Made by a program: the position numbers and the translations under genes. DNA of 16,560 nucleotides from Methanobacteriota archaeon (GTDB lineage Archaea > JAADCQ01 > Methanopyri > Methanopyrales > Methanopyraceae): contig JAMOPY010000014.1 in the NCBI GenBank assembly GCA_027064305.1, positions 1 through 16,560 on the forward strand. The letters run 5' to 3'. The notes under the pieces were generated by a model. That model was not told where the DNA came from. It saw only the letters and a program-made list of their open reading frames with translations, and did no database searches. Positions 7,564 to 15,445 of this stretch are shown here, in pieces (the first letter of the stretch is position 1; every line of letters begins with the position of its first letter).

Positions 7564-8397
7564 GTGCCCGGCTTGTCGACCCAGTCCCCCTCCGAGTTGA
7601 AGGTCGAGGACGTGATGACGGAGCGCCCCGTCACCGTCGACGCGGACCAGTCCCTCAAGTTCGCCCTCCGCACGATGCGCAAGAGAAAGGTGAACCGGCT
7701 CCCGGTCACCGAGCGCGTCTCCGAGGACCGGAAGGAGCTCGTTGGGATCATCACCGTGCTCGACGCCGCGCTCGCGGTCGCCGACGCGCGCTTCGGCGAG
7801 GTCTCACCCTCCCGGATCCGCGTTTCCGAAGTCATGACCTCCCCCGTCGTGACGATTTCCCCGGGCGCAACCGTGGACCAGGCCATCCACACGATGCTCT
7901 CCCACGGGATCTCCGGGCTCCCCGTCCTGGACGGGGATCGGCTCGTCGGCATCGTTACCAAGACCGACCTGCTCGAGCTGGTCGAGTCCGAGGACTACGT
8001 AGCCCTCCACATGACGAAGAACCCGATCACCGTGTCCGCCGGATCCAGCCTCCTCCACGCCCGGCGCCTGATGTTCGAGGAGGGCGCAAAGATCCTCCCC
8101 GTGGTGGAGCGCGAGCGCCTGGTCGGCCTCCTCACGGACCGCGTCCTGGCCCTGGAGCTGGCCCGGCTGCGGGAGAAATCGCCCAGGGGCAAGTTCCGGT
8201 CGCGAATCAAGCGCGCCCGGGTCGACGACATCATGCGCACTCCGCTGTCGGTCCGGACGGACTTCGGGCTGGTGGACGCCGCGGAGCTGATGGTGCGCAA
8301 GCGCGTCCCGGGGCTCCCCGTGGTCAACTACCGGGACGAGGTGGTCGGGGTGATCACCAAGACGGACCTCGTCCGCCTCCTGGCGGAGGGTACCTAG
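7564..8397 (+). CDS. CBS domain protein (four CBS repeats)
   Basis: Repeated V.D/EVMT..PVT...LPV...LVGI.T..D motifs. Exact start uncertain. Confidence 0.9.
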   Translation: MPGLSTQSPSELKVEDVMTERPVTVDADQSLKFALRTMRKRKVNRLPVTERVSEDRKELVGIITVLDAALAVADARFGEVSPSRIRVSEVMTSPVVTISPGATVDQAIHTMLSHGISGLPVLDGDRLVGIVTKTDLLELVESEDYVALHMTKNPITVSAGSSLLHARRLMFEEGAKILPVVERERLVGLLTDRVLALELARLREKSPRGKFRSRIKRARVDDIMRTPLSVRTDFGLVDAAELMVRKRVPGLPVVNYRDEVVGVITKTDLVRLLAEGT

Positions 8398-10440
8398 TTG
8401 TCGCTCGTAGGGATCGACATCGGAGGCACCTTCACCGACCTCGTCGAGTACGACGGCCTGCGGCTCCGGGTGAAGAAGGTCCCCTCCTCCCCCAGGCGCC
8501 CGGACCGATCCTTCGAGCGCGCCCTATCAGAGGTTAAGGAGGATCCGGACACGGTCCTGCACGCCACCACGATCGGCACGAACGCGTTCCTCGGCCAGCG
8601 CGGGCTGAAGCTACCGAAGGTGGCCCTGATCACCACACTCGGCTTCCGGGACCTCGTGGAGATCGGTCGTCAGGTGCGCCCGCAGATGTACACGCTGGAG
8701 CCCCGGAAGCCCGAGCCCCTGGTTCCACGTAACCTCCGGTTCGAGGTCAAGGAGCGCGTGTCCCCCGACGGCGAGGTGATCGTCCCGGTCGACGAGGAGC
8801 GGCTCCGCGAGATCGCGGGGAAGCTGCGCTCCCGGGACGTTCGGGTGGTCGTGATCTCGTTCCTGCACGCGTACGCGAACCCGAGGAACGAGCGGAGGGC
8901 CAAGGAGGTGCTGGAGCGGGAGCTCGGGGACGACGTGGAGATCGTCTGCTCGCACGAGGTGTGCCGGGAGTACCGGGAGTACGAGCGCACCTCCACGGCC
9001 CTGGTGAACGCGGTCCTGCGCCCGCTGGTGAGCGAGTACGTGGAGCGCACGCGGAAGGCCGTGCGGAAGGCGGGCGCGTCGGAGTACCTGCTGATGCAGT
9101 CCGACGGGCACGCGGTCCCGGCGGAGCGCGTCGTGCACACCCCGGCCAAGCTGATCGAGTCCGGCCCGGCCGCCGGGGTGGTGGCGACGCGGGTGGTGGG
9201 GGAGTGGCTGGGCGAGGATCGGCTCGTCTCGTTCGACATGGGCGGGACGACGGCGAAGGCGGGCACGGTCGTCGAGGGGCGCTACGAGGTGACCAAGGAG
9301 TACGAGGTGGGGGGTCGGACGCACCGGGGCCGGCGCGTCCGGGGATCCGGGTACCCGGTGCTGCACCGGTTCATCGATCTGACCGAGTGCAGCGCGGGCG
9401 GGGGCACGATCGTCTGGGTGGACGAGGCGGGCGCGCTGCGGGTGGGCCCCACCAGCGCCGGGGCGGACCCGGGCCCGGTGTGCTACGGGAAGGGGGGCAC
9501 CGACCCCACGATCACGGACGCCAACGTGACGCTCGGGCGGCTGAACCGGAAGGCGCTACTGGGGGGAGAGATGCCCATCGACGCGGAGTCGGCGGACCTG
9601 GCGTTCAAGGGCCTGGCCGGGACGGTGGGCGGCGAACCGGAAGAGGTCGCCTACCAGGCCATCCGGCTCGCGGTGGAGGAGATGGCTCGCATCGTGAGGA
9701 TCGTCACCGTGGAACGCGGGCACGATCCCCGCGAGTTCGCCCTGGTGGCCTTCGGCGGGGCGGGCCCGCTGCACGCGGCCGAGCTGGCGGAGGTCCTGCG
9801 GGTGCGACGCGTGATCGTACCTCGGCACCCCGGGGTGTTCTCGGCCTTCGGGCTGCTGGCGGCGGAGACGGCCTGGGAGCACTCGATTCCGGTGCTCGAG
9901 ACCACGGACGAGCTGGACGACGAGGCGCTGCGACACCTGATAAAGAGGGCCGCGTCGAGGGCCTCGCGCGCCCTGCCCCGGGACCCCGACGAGGTCAGGA
10001 TCGTGGTGGAGGCCCGGTACCGGGGGCAGGCGCACGAGCTGGACGTGGAGGTGGGGCCTGAGGCCTCGATGGAGGAGGTGGAGCGCGCGTTCCACGAGCG
10101 GCACGAGGCCGTCCACGGGTTCCGGCTGGACGCGCCGGTGGAGGTGGTGAACGTGCGGGCCGTGGCCCTGGCGCGCCGGGAGCCGCCCAAGCCGAAGCCC
10201 CTGAAGGAGGGCGGGGAGACGAACCCGGACCGAGCGGTGAGGGAGCGGCGGGAGGTGTACTTCGAGGACGAGGGGTTCCTGGAGGTCCCGGTCTTCGACC
10301 GGGATCGGCTGCGGTCGGGGGACGAGATCGAGGGGCCGGCGGTCATCGAGGAGTACGACTCCACGACGCTCGTGCCGCCCGGGTGGAGGGCGCGCGTGCA
10401 CCGGCTCGGGGCGCTCGTGCTGAGTCGGGACGGGTCTTAG
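8398..10440 (+). CDS. Hydantoinase/oxoprolinase subunit A (N-methylhydantoinase A / acetone carboxylase beta-like)
   Basis: GIDIGGTFTD, HATTIGTNA, REYERTST, ESGPAAG, DMGGTT, SAGADPGPVCYG, AFGGAGPLHA and GPAVIEEYDSTT motifs. Confidence 0.92.
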   Translation: MSLVGIDIGGTFTDLVEYDGLRLRVKKVPSSPRRPDRSFERALSEVKEDPDTVLHATTIGTNAFLGQRGLKLPKVALITTLGFRDLVEIGRQVRPQMYTLEPRKPEPLVPRNLRFEVKERVSPDGEVIVPVDEERLREIAGKLRSRDVRVVVISFLHAYANPRNERRAKEVLERELGDDVEIVCSHEVCREYREYERTSTALVNAVLRPLVSEYVERTRKAVRKAGASEYLLMQSDGHAVPAERVVHTPAKLIESGPAAGVVATRVVGEWLGEDRLVSFDMGGTTAKAGTVVEGRYEVTKEYEVGGRTHRGRRVRGSGYPVLHRFIDLTECSAGGGTIVWVDEAGALRVGPTSAGADPGPVCYGKGGTDPTITDANVTLGRLNRKALLGGEMPIDAESADLAFKGLAGTVGGEPEEVAYQAIRLAVEEMARIVRIVTVERGHDPREFALVAFGGAGPLHAAELAEVLRVRRVIVPRHPGVFSAFGLLAAETAWEHSIPVLETTDELDDEALRHLIKRAASRASRALPRDPDEVRIVVEARYRGQAHELDVEVGPEASMEEVERAFHERHEAVHGFRLDAPVEVVNVRAVALARREPPKPKPLKEGGETNPDRAVRERREVYFEDEGFLEVPVFDRDRLRSGDEIEGPAVIEEYDSTTLVPPGWRARVHRLGALVLSRDGS

Positions 10441-10481
10441 GGTCCCGGGCTCATCGTTTCGTGAATCAGAACGATTCCCGG

Positions 10482-10557
10482 TGGAGCCGCGGCCGGGATT
10501 TGAACCCGGGTTACGGGATCTGCAGTCCCGCGCCCCGCCAGGCTAGGCTGCCGCGGC
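10482..10557 (-). tRNA. tRNA-Cys(GCA); encoded CCA; C at position 8; U73
   Basis: Acceptor GCCGCGG/CCGCGGC-U-CCA, anticodon arm CGGGA-CU-GCA-GA-UCCCG, T arm CCGGG-UUCAAAU-CCCGG. Confidence 0.96.
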
Positions 10558-10586
10558 TCCTCCCGTCCCGGGCCCCCGGACGCCCA

Positions 10587-10600
10587 ACTTTAAGTCTTTC
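10587..10600 (-). promoter_or_regulatory. BRE/TATA promoter of tRNA-Cys
   Basis: Minus strand GAAAGA-CTTAAAGT about 30-43 nt upstream of G1. Confidence 0.65.
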
Positions 10601-10617
10601 TCCCGCGGCGCACCCGG

Positions 10618-12057
10618 TCAGGGAGCCTCCACCCCGGGCCGCTCGTACAGCCACACCTCCGCCCACTGACCCACCCTCACCCCACCGCGCACGATCTCAA
10701 AGGACCGCACCGACGCCTCGTCCGGCTCGAAGCCCGCCGCCTCCGACGCCAGCTCCACCAGCTCCTCCTCGTCGTAAATCCGGCCCCTCTCCACCTCGAA
10801 CCGCTCGCCGGCGGGCACCACGTGACCGTACCCTCGCTCCGTGTGCACGTACACCACCGCCTCCCGCGCCCGCCTCGCCACCGCGCATCCCACGGCGTTG
10901 CACACGGAGTGATACGGCACCACCTTCCCCAGACCCACGAGCTCTCGGTACTCCTCCGCCAACCCCCCGGCCCAGAGCACCCGCTCACCCTCCAGCCGGG
11001 AACGGAGCCTCTCCCGGACCTCCTCCAGGACCCGCTCGGCCACCCTTGCCGGGTTCCCCACCGACCTCAACGCCCGCCGCGACTCCCTCGGATCCCCCTC
11101 CGGCTCCGGATCGTGATACCCTGCCACCACCAGCGCGTCCGTGACCGTCGGTCGGGAGCCCCCGTAGCACGCGGGCAGGGACGTCTCCCCCGTGAGCCCG
11201 TCCCCGGAGACGACGGTGTTGCCGCCCAGCGGCAGCGAGCGGACCCGGGCGGAGCGAACCGCGGTGGGATACCCGAAGAGGGTGGCCCGGGACTCCGTCA
11301 CCGGCACCCCATCCCGGGCCCGCACGAGGTCCACCGTGGATCCACCCACGTCGGCGAGCAGGAACTCCTCCCTCCCGGTCAGGTACACCGCCCCCAGCAC
11401 GCCCGCCGCCGGGCCCGAGTGCAGCACGTTCACCGGCACGCGCAGGGCCTCCCTGGGGGTCTGCAGCCCGCCGTCCCCGCGCAGGACCCCGTCCACGCCG
11501 CCGAGCGCGCGCAAAAACTCGCGGGTCGCCCGCTTCACCCGGGCGCTGAGGACGGCGGTGGCCACGCGGCGAGGGAACCCGCCCCGCGGGACGTGGTGGC
11601 CCGGGACCACCTCGCGCGCCCGCTCCCGCACGGCCTTCACCAGCCTCCGCTCCAGCCGGGAGTTGCGCTGCGAGAACTTCGAGACCACGGCCACGGCGTG
11701 CCCCTCGGGCACGCTCACGGACCCGACCTCCACGTCCCGCACCACGTCCCCCTTGTGATCCACGTACCCGTCCACGACCTCCGCGCTGTCGGCGAACCCC
11801 GCGAGCGGGTCCGGGTCCAGGCCGGGTCCCGGGATCAAGATCAGGTGGACCGGATCCCCTCGACCCCTCACGAGCGCGTTGATCGGCAGCGTCGTGCTGA
11901 CGCGCCGCTCGTCCGCCTCGAGGCGCCGAAGCGCTTTTTTCGTGGGCTTAACCAGGCCACCGTCGCGGGGCACCTTGACGCGATCCACCACCTCCCCCTC
12001 CTCCAGGACCACCGCGTCCACGTGCGTGCTCCCCGTGTCCAGCCCCAGTACTCGCAC
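10618..12057 (-). CDS. Short hydantoinase/oxoprolinase-family (ASKHA ATPase) protein
   Basis: LGLDTGSTHVD, STTLPINA, HSGPAAG, DVGGSTVD, PTVTDAL and NAVGCAVA motifs; 479 aa. Confidence 0.85.
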   Translation of the reverse strand: MRVLGLDTGSTHVDAVVLEEGEVVDRVKVPRDGGLVKPTKKALRRLEADERRVSTTLPINALVRGRGDPVHLILIPGPGLDPDPLAGFADSAEVVDGYVDHKGDVVRDVEVGSVSVPEGHAVAVVSKFSQRNSRLERRLVKAVRERAREVVPGHHVPRGGFPRRVATAVLSARVKRATREFLRALGGVDGVLRGDGGLQTPREALRVPVNVLHSGPAAGVLGAVYLTGREEFLLADVGGSTVDLVRARDGVPVTESRATLFGYPTAVRSARVRSLPLGGNTVVSGDGLTGETSLPACYGGSRPTVTDALVVAGYHDPEPEGDPRESRRALRSVGNPARVAERVLEEVRERLRSRLEGERVLWAGGLAEEYRELVGLGKVVPYHSVCNAVGCAVARRAREAVVYVHTERGYGHVVPAGERFEVERGRIYDEEELVELASEAAGFEPDEASVRSFEIVRGGVRVGQWAEVWLYERPGVEAP

Positions 12058-12066
12058 CGGCGGCGG

Positions 12067-12126
12067 CCCCCTCGGTAATAAGGGACGTCGTCACCCATCG
12101 GCAAGCCGGCCTCTCCTCATCGGGGG
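12067..12126 (-). ncRNA. C/D box 2'-O-methylation guide sRNA
   Basis: CCCCC-G-AUGAGGA(C)-GAGGCCGGCUUG-CCGA(D')-UGG-GUGACGA(C')-CGUCCCUUAUUA-CCGA(D)-GGGGG. Four boxes, two 12-nt guides and a 5-bp terminal stem, in an intergenic position. Confidence 0.85.
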
Positions 12127-12135
12127 AGCCCCGGG

Positions 12136-13257
12136 TTGCTGCTGAAGGTGCTGACGGTCGCCACGCTGTGGACGATCGTGGATCACGGGTACCCGTTCGC
12201 GACCTATTACCAGAACGTGGACCTGGAGCGGCTGATCGAGGTCCACCCGGGCGCGGTCTGCGTCGACCCGTACTCCGGGCCCGGAGGGCGACCGTGGACG
12301 CCGGAGGAGCTCGATCGACTGAAGAGGGCCGGGATCCGTCCGGTGGCGTACATGACGCTGGGGGTCGTGCCCAAGTACCACCCGGACCTGTTCCAGCGGG
12401 CCCGCGACCTGGGTCTGCTGGGCCCGGAGGACCCGAGGTGGAAGGGGGACTACGCGGTCCGGTTCTGGGACGAGCGGTGGCAGTCGGAGCTCGAGCGGTG
12501 GGTGCGGAGGCTGCATCGGATGGGGTTCGAGGGGGTGTTCATCGACGTCATCGACGTGTGGTCGCGGGGCTGGTACGTGGACTGGTTCAGGAGGGAGACC
12601 GGGGGATCGAGGGACGAGCTCCGGGGCCTGGTGTACCGGGCCCTGATCCGGGTCGCGAACGCGGCCCACGCGCTCGGGATGGACGTTTACGTGTGCGCTG
12701 GGAACGCCGTGAGCGATCGGTGGTTCCGAAGGCTCGCGGGGAAGCATCGGATCAAGGTGGTCGTGGAGAACGTGATCGCGCGGGACGACGGCACGCTCCA
12801 GCCCGAGGAGGACTTCCTGAGCGCGGTGGGGGAGCTCGCCGACCTGAGCCGGCTCACGGACGTGTACGACGTGGAGTACGGTCTGGACCTGAAGGACGGT
12901 GAGGTGCGGCGGCGGTTGACGCTCCTGTTCAGGCTCACCGGGGTGCGAGAGGTGTACGTGACGTCCCTCTCCCACGACCGGCTTGGGGTGGCCGTGGTCC
13001 CTGTGAGTGGAGAGGGGGATCGGGTCAGCGGTCCGGCCTCCGGGTCGCGCGGTGAGGAAGGTGAGAAGGTGGAGAGTGAGGGTGCCGCCCGAGCCTCCCG
13101 GTCCGGAGGCAGGGGAAGTGCCGGTGGATCGGCGCTCCCGGCGCCCTTGATCCCACCGGTGGGGAGGCGGGGGAAGCTCCGCCCTGCCCAGTCCGTTCAT
13201 CCCCGGGCGGGTCGGCGTTACAACCCCTCTTCACGGCCGGCGTGCCCGGACCCCTGA
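12136..13257 (+). CDS. GH114/TM1410/MJ1477-like secreted glycoside hydrolase (endo-alpha-1,4-polygalactosaminidase-like)
   Basis: Hydrophobic N-terminus, PVAYMTLG, W.GDYAVRFWDERWQ, GFEGVFIDVID, VVVENV and YDVEY motifs; Gly/Ser/Glu linker and Pro/Arg tail. Confidence 0.75.
   Translation: MLLKVLTVATLWTIVDHGYPFATYYQNVDLERLIEVHPGAVCVDPYSGPGGRPWTPEELDRLKRAGIRPVAYMTLGVVPKYHPDLFQRARDLGLLGPEDPRWKGDYAVRFWDERWQSELERWVRRLHRMGFEGVFIDVIDVWSRGWYVDWFRRETGGSRDELRGLVYRALIRVANAAHALGMDVYVCAGNAVSDRWFRRLAGKHRIKVVVENVIARDDGTLQPEEDFLSAVGELADLSRLTDVYDVEYGLDLKDGEVRRRLTLLFRLTGVREVYVTSLSHDRLGVAVVPVSGEGDRVSGPASGSRGEEGEKVESEGAARASRSGGRGSAGGSALPAPLIPPVGRRGKLRPAQSVHPRAGRRYNPSSRPACPDP
13175..13238 (-). ncRNA. C/D box guide sRNA antisense to the 3' end of the GH114-like ORF, probably targeting 23S rRNA domain IV
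   Basis: GGC-C-GUGAAGA(C)-GGGGUUGUAACG-CCGA(D')-CCCGCCCG-GGGAUGA(C')-ACGGACUGGGCAGGG-CGGA(D)-GCU. The D guide is complementary to CCUGCCCAGU, recalled as a conserved archaeal 23S sequence. TAATTA lies about 30 nt upstream. Confidence 0.7.
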
Positions 13258-13258
13258 A

Positions 13259-14266
13259 GTGGGTCGTAATTACCTCTTCGGGGCGACGCGCTTGCGGTGC
13301 CAGCGGTGCGGGGAGCGGCCGGGTCGGTACAGGCGACCCTACGCGGGCGATGCGGTGTGCGGTCGGTGTCTGGTGGAGCTGGTGCGGGATCGGGTGTTCC
13401 GGGAGGTGCGGCGCTGGAGGTGGTTCCGGCCCGGTCAAACGGTGGTCGTGGCGGTCTCCGGGGGCAAGGACAGCGCGGTCGCGCTTCGGCTCGTGCTCGA
13501 GTACCTGGACCCGCTTCCCGGGGTCGAGGTGATCGCGCTCACGGTCGACGAGGGTATCTCCGGGTTCCGGGACCGGTGCCTGCGGGAGGCGGAGCGGCTG
13601 GTGGAGCGGCTGGACGTGCGGTGGGAGGTCGTGTCGTTCGAGGAGGAGTACGGGTTCCGGCTCGAGGAGGTGGTGGAGGAGACCGAGCATCCCGCGTGCA
13701 CCGTGTGCGGGGTGCTGCGGCGGCGGCTGCTCAACGCCCGGGCCCGGGAGCTGGGGGCCGACGTGGTGGTGACGGGTCACAACCTGGACGACGAGGCGCA
13801 GGCCGTGCTGATGAACTTCGTGAAGGCGGATCTGGCGCAGCTCTCCAAGCTGCACCCGCGGGTCCGGCCCGAGTCCGAGGCGGTGGTCCCGCGCGTCAAG
13901 CCGCTGCGGCGAGTCCCGGAGCGGGAGGTCAGGTGGGTGGCGGACGAGCTGGGGCTCCCGTACCACCCGGATCCCTGCCCGTTCGCCTCGTCCTCCGTGC
14001 GCTCCTTCTTCCGACGGCTGCTGGACGAGATGGAGGAGCGGCTGCCGAGCGTTAAGTTCGGGATCGTGCAGGCGCTGGACCGGGCCGGCCCGGTGCTGGC
14101 CGAGGAGTTCCTCAAGGGGGAGGTCCAGAGGTGCGAGCGCTGCGGGGAACCGGCCTCCGACCGGCTCTGCAAGGCCTGTCAGATCCTGGAGGAGCTTCGT
14201 CAGTCGTCGTCCCGCCTCCGAGACCGGGCGAGCAGCTCCGCCCGCACGAGCAGTGAGGAGCGGTGA
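13259..14266 (+). CDS. tRNA 2-thiolation protein, TtuA/NcsA/Ctu1 (TIGR00269-like)
   Basis: N-terminal CQRC...CGRC Zn finger, PP-loop SGGKDS, CTVCGVLRR, TGHNLDD, CP, C-terminal CERC...CKAC. True start is probably TTG 13292 (MRCQRC). Confidence 0.88.
   Translation: MGRNYLFGATRLRCQRCGERPGRYRRPYAGDAVCGRCLVELVRDRVFREVRRWRWFRPGQTVVVAVSGGKDSAVALRLVLEYLDPLPGVEVIALTVDEGISGFRDRCLREAERLVERLDVRWEVVSFEEEYGFRLEEVVEETEHPACTVCGVLRRRLLNARARELGADVVVTGHNLDDEAQAVLMNFVKADLAQLSKLHPRVRPESEAVVPRVKPLRRVPEREVRWVADELGLPYHPDPCPFASSSVRSFFRRLLDEMEERLPSVKFGIVQALDRAGPVLAEEFLKGEVQRCERCGEPASDRLCKACQILEELRQSSSRLRDRASSSARTSSEER
13266..13280 (-). promoter_or_regulatory. Putative BRE/TATA for the 13175-13238 sRNA (palindromic TAATTA, could also act on the + strand)
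   Basis: Minus strand CGAAGAGG-TAATTA, with TAATTA 29-34 nt upstream of the predicted sRNA 5' end. Confidence 0.45.
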
Positions 14267-15372
14267 CCCACCCGCTCCCGAACGTCCTCCCACTCCGGCT
14301 TGGCGTGCTCCACGTCCTCGAACCGGGACCGCTTAACCCGGACGCCATCCTCCCGGACGAGCCTCCGGTCCGCCACCACCCGCTCGCACCGGTACACTCG
14401 GGCTCCCAGCGAGCCCGTCCACCGGAAGATCTCCCGGAAGACCTCCCGCTCCACGCCCGGCCGGTCCTCCACGATCGCCCGCAGGATGAACCGAGGCCGG
14501 TTCTTCTTCCCCAGGCCGTGCAGCACCTCCACGTCCCGAACCCCGTCGAGCTCCAGCAGACGGGAGATCGCCTCGCCCACCGCCTCCCCGTCCGCGTCGT
14601 CGATCGAGGTCTCCACCACCCGAACGAACCCTCCCTCACCCCCGGGCTCGCACAGCAGAATCCGGAGCACGTTCGGCCGATCCTTCAGCTCCCGGGACCC
14701 GGCCCCGAACCCCTGCCGGACCACCCTCCACGGCGGCTCCGCGTCCTCCGTAAGCTCATCGATCGCCCGCAGCAGCGCCGCCCCGGTGGGCGTGAGCAGC
14801 TCTCCCTCCCCGTCCGCCCGGAACCCACGCTCCCACCCCGACAGGATCTCCGCGACGGCCGGGACGGGCACGGGCAGCTCGCCGTGCTCCGTGCTCACGG
14901 TGCCCGATCCAACGTTCGGCGGGAGCACGAGCGCCCGCCCCGGGTCCAGGTCCTCCAGGAGCGCGGCGGTGCCCACCAGATCCACCACGGTGTCCACGGA
15001 CCCCAGCTCGTGCAGGTGGTCGACTCGCCCGTGCACCCGCTCCTCCGCCCGTAGGAGCAGCCTCAGCGCCCGCTCCGGCAGCTCCGACCAGGGCTCCCTG
15101 GTCACCACCTCGCCGGCGACCTCCAGAACGAGCCCCTCCAGCCGGTCCGGGTCGCCGACTCGATCCCCCGCGTCGACTCGGACCCGAACCGCCCGGAACC
15201 CGCGGACCGAGACCCGGCTCACGTCCACGCCGACTCGGAACCCGCGGTCCCGAAGGGTGCGAACCACCCGGCGCAGCGACCCCTCGTCCGCGCCCGCGTC
15301 CAGCAGCCCGCCGAGGAGCATGTCTCCGGAGGCTCCGGCCACCTGGGGGTCAACGATGAGCAGCGTCCCCAC
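14200..15372 (-). CDS. larC: Nickel-pincer cofactor biosynthesis protein LarC (nickel insertase)
   Basis: AGASGDMLLGGLLDAG, HLHELGSVDTVVD, HGELPVPVPA, GELLTPTGAA, ETSIDD, KKNRP and KPEWED motifs. Confidence 0.92.
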   Translation of the reverse strand: MGTLLIVDPQVAGASGDMLLGGLLDAGADEGSLRRVVRTLRDRGFRVGVDVSRVSVRGFRAVRVRVDAGDRVGDPDRLEGLVLEVAGEVVTREPWSELPERALRLLLRAEERVHGRVDHLHELGSVDTVVDLVGTAALLEDLDPGRALVLPPNVGSGTVSTEHGELPVPVPAVAEILSGWERGFRADGEGELLTPTGAALLRAIDELTEDAEPPWRVVRQGFGAGSRELKDRPNVLRILLCEPGGEGGFVRVVETSIDDADGEAVGEAISRLLELDGVRDVEVLHGLGKKNRPRFILRAIVEDRPGVEREVFREIFRWTGSLGARVYRCERVVADRRLVREDGVRVKRSRFEDVEHAKPEWEDVRERVGHRSSLLVRAELLARSRRRDDD

Positions 15373-15402
15373 CCGAGACGTCCCCCGAGGAGTTTCGGGG
15401 AG

Positions 15403-15410
15403 CTATTAAC
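15403..15410. promoter_or_regulatory. Putative shared TATA box between divergent larC and PII-like genes
   Basis: TATTAA (15404-15409) is the main AT-rich patch in the 73-nt spacer, about 32 nt from the larC start and about 37 nt from GTG 15446. Confidence 0.5.
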
Positions 15411-15445
15411 CGGTGAGCGCGCCACGCGCGCCGGGGTGAGCCGCC

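Noticed and set aside
4989-10557. Integrated element bounded by direct repeats at the two tRNAs
   Set aside because: Both are complete, different tRNAs. The shared T arm is normal conservation, the genes between are housekeeping, and no integrase is present.
12136-13257. MJ1477-like gene near tRNA-Cys as a possible alternative cysteinyl-tRNA synthetase
   Set aside because: That historical assignment was overturned in favour of a secreted polysaccharide hydrolase, and the protein here has export-like termini. The proximity looks coincidental.
13259-14266. PP-loop gene beside larC as LarE
   Set aside because: Terminal Zn fingers plus CxxC and TGHNLDD motifs match the TtuA/NcsA family rather than LarE.
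14200-15372. Programmed frameshift in larC as in some bacteria
   Set aside because: The N- and C-terminal LarC motifs are in one continuous frame.
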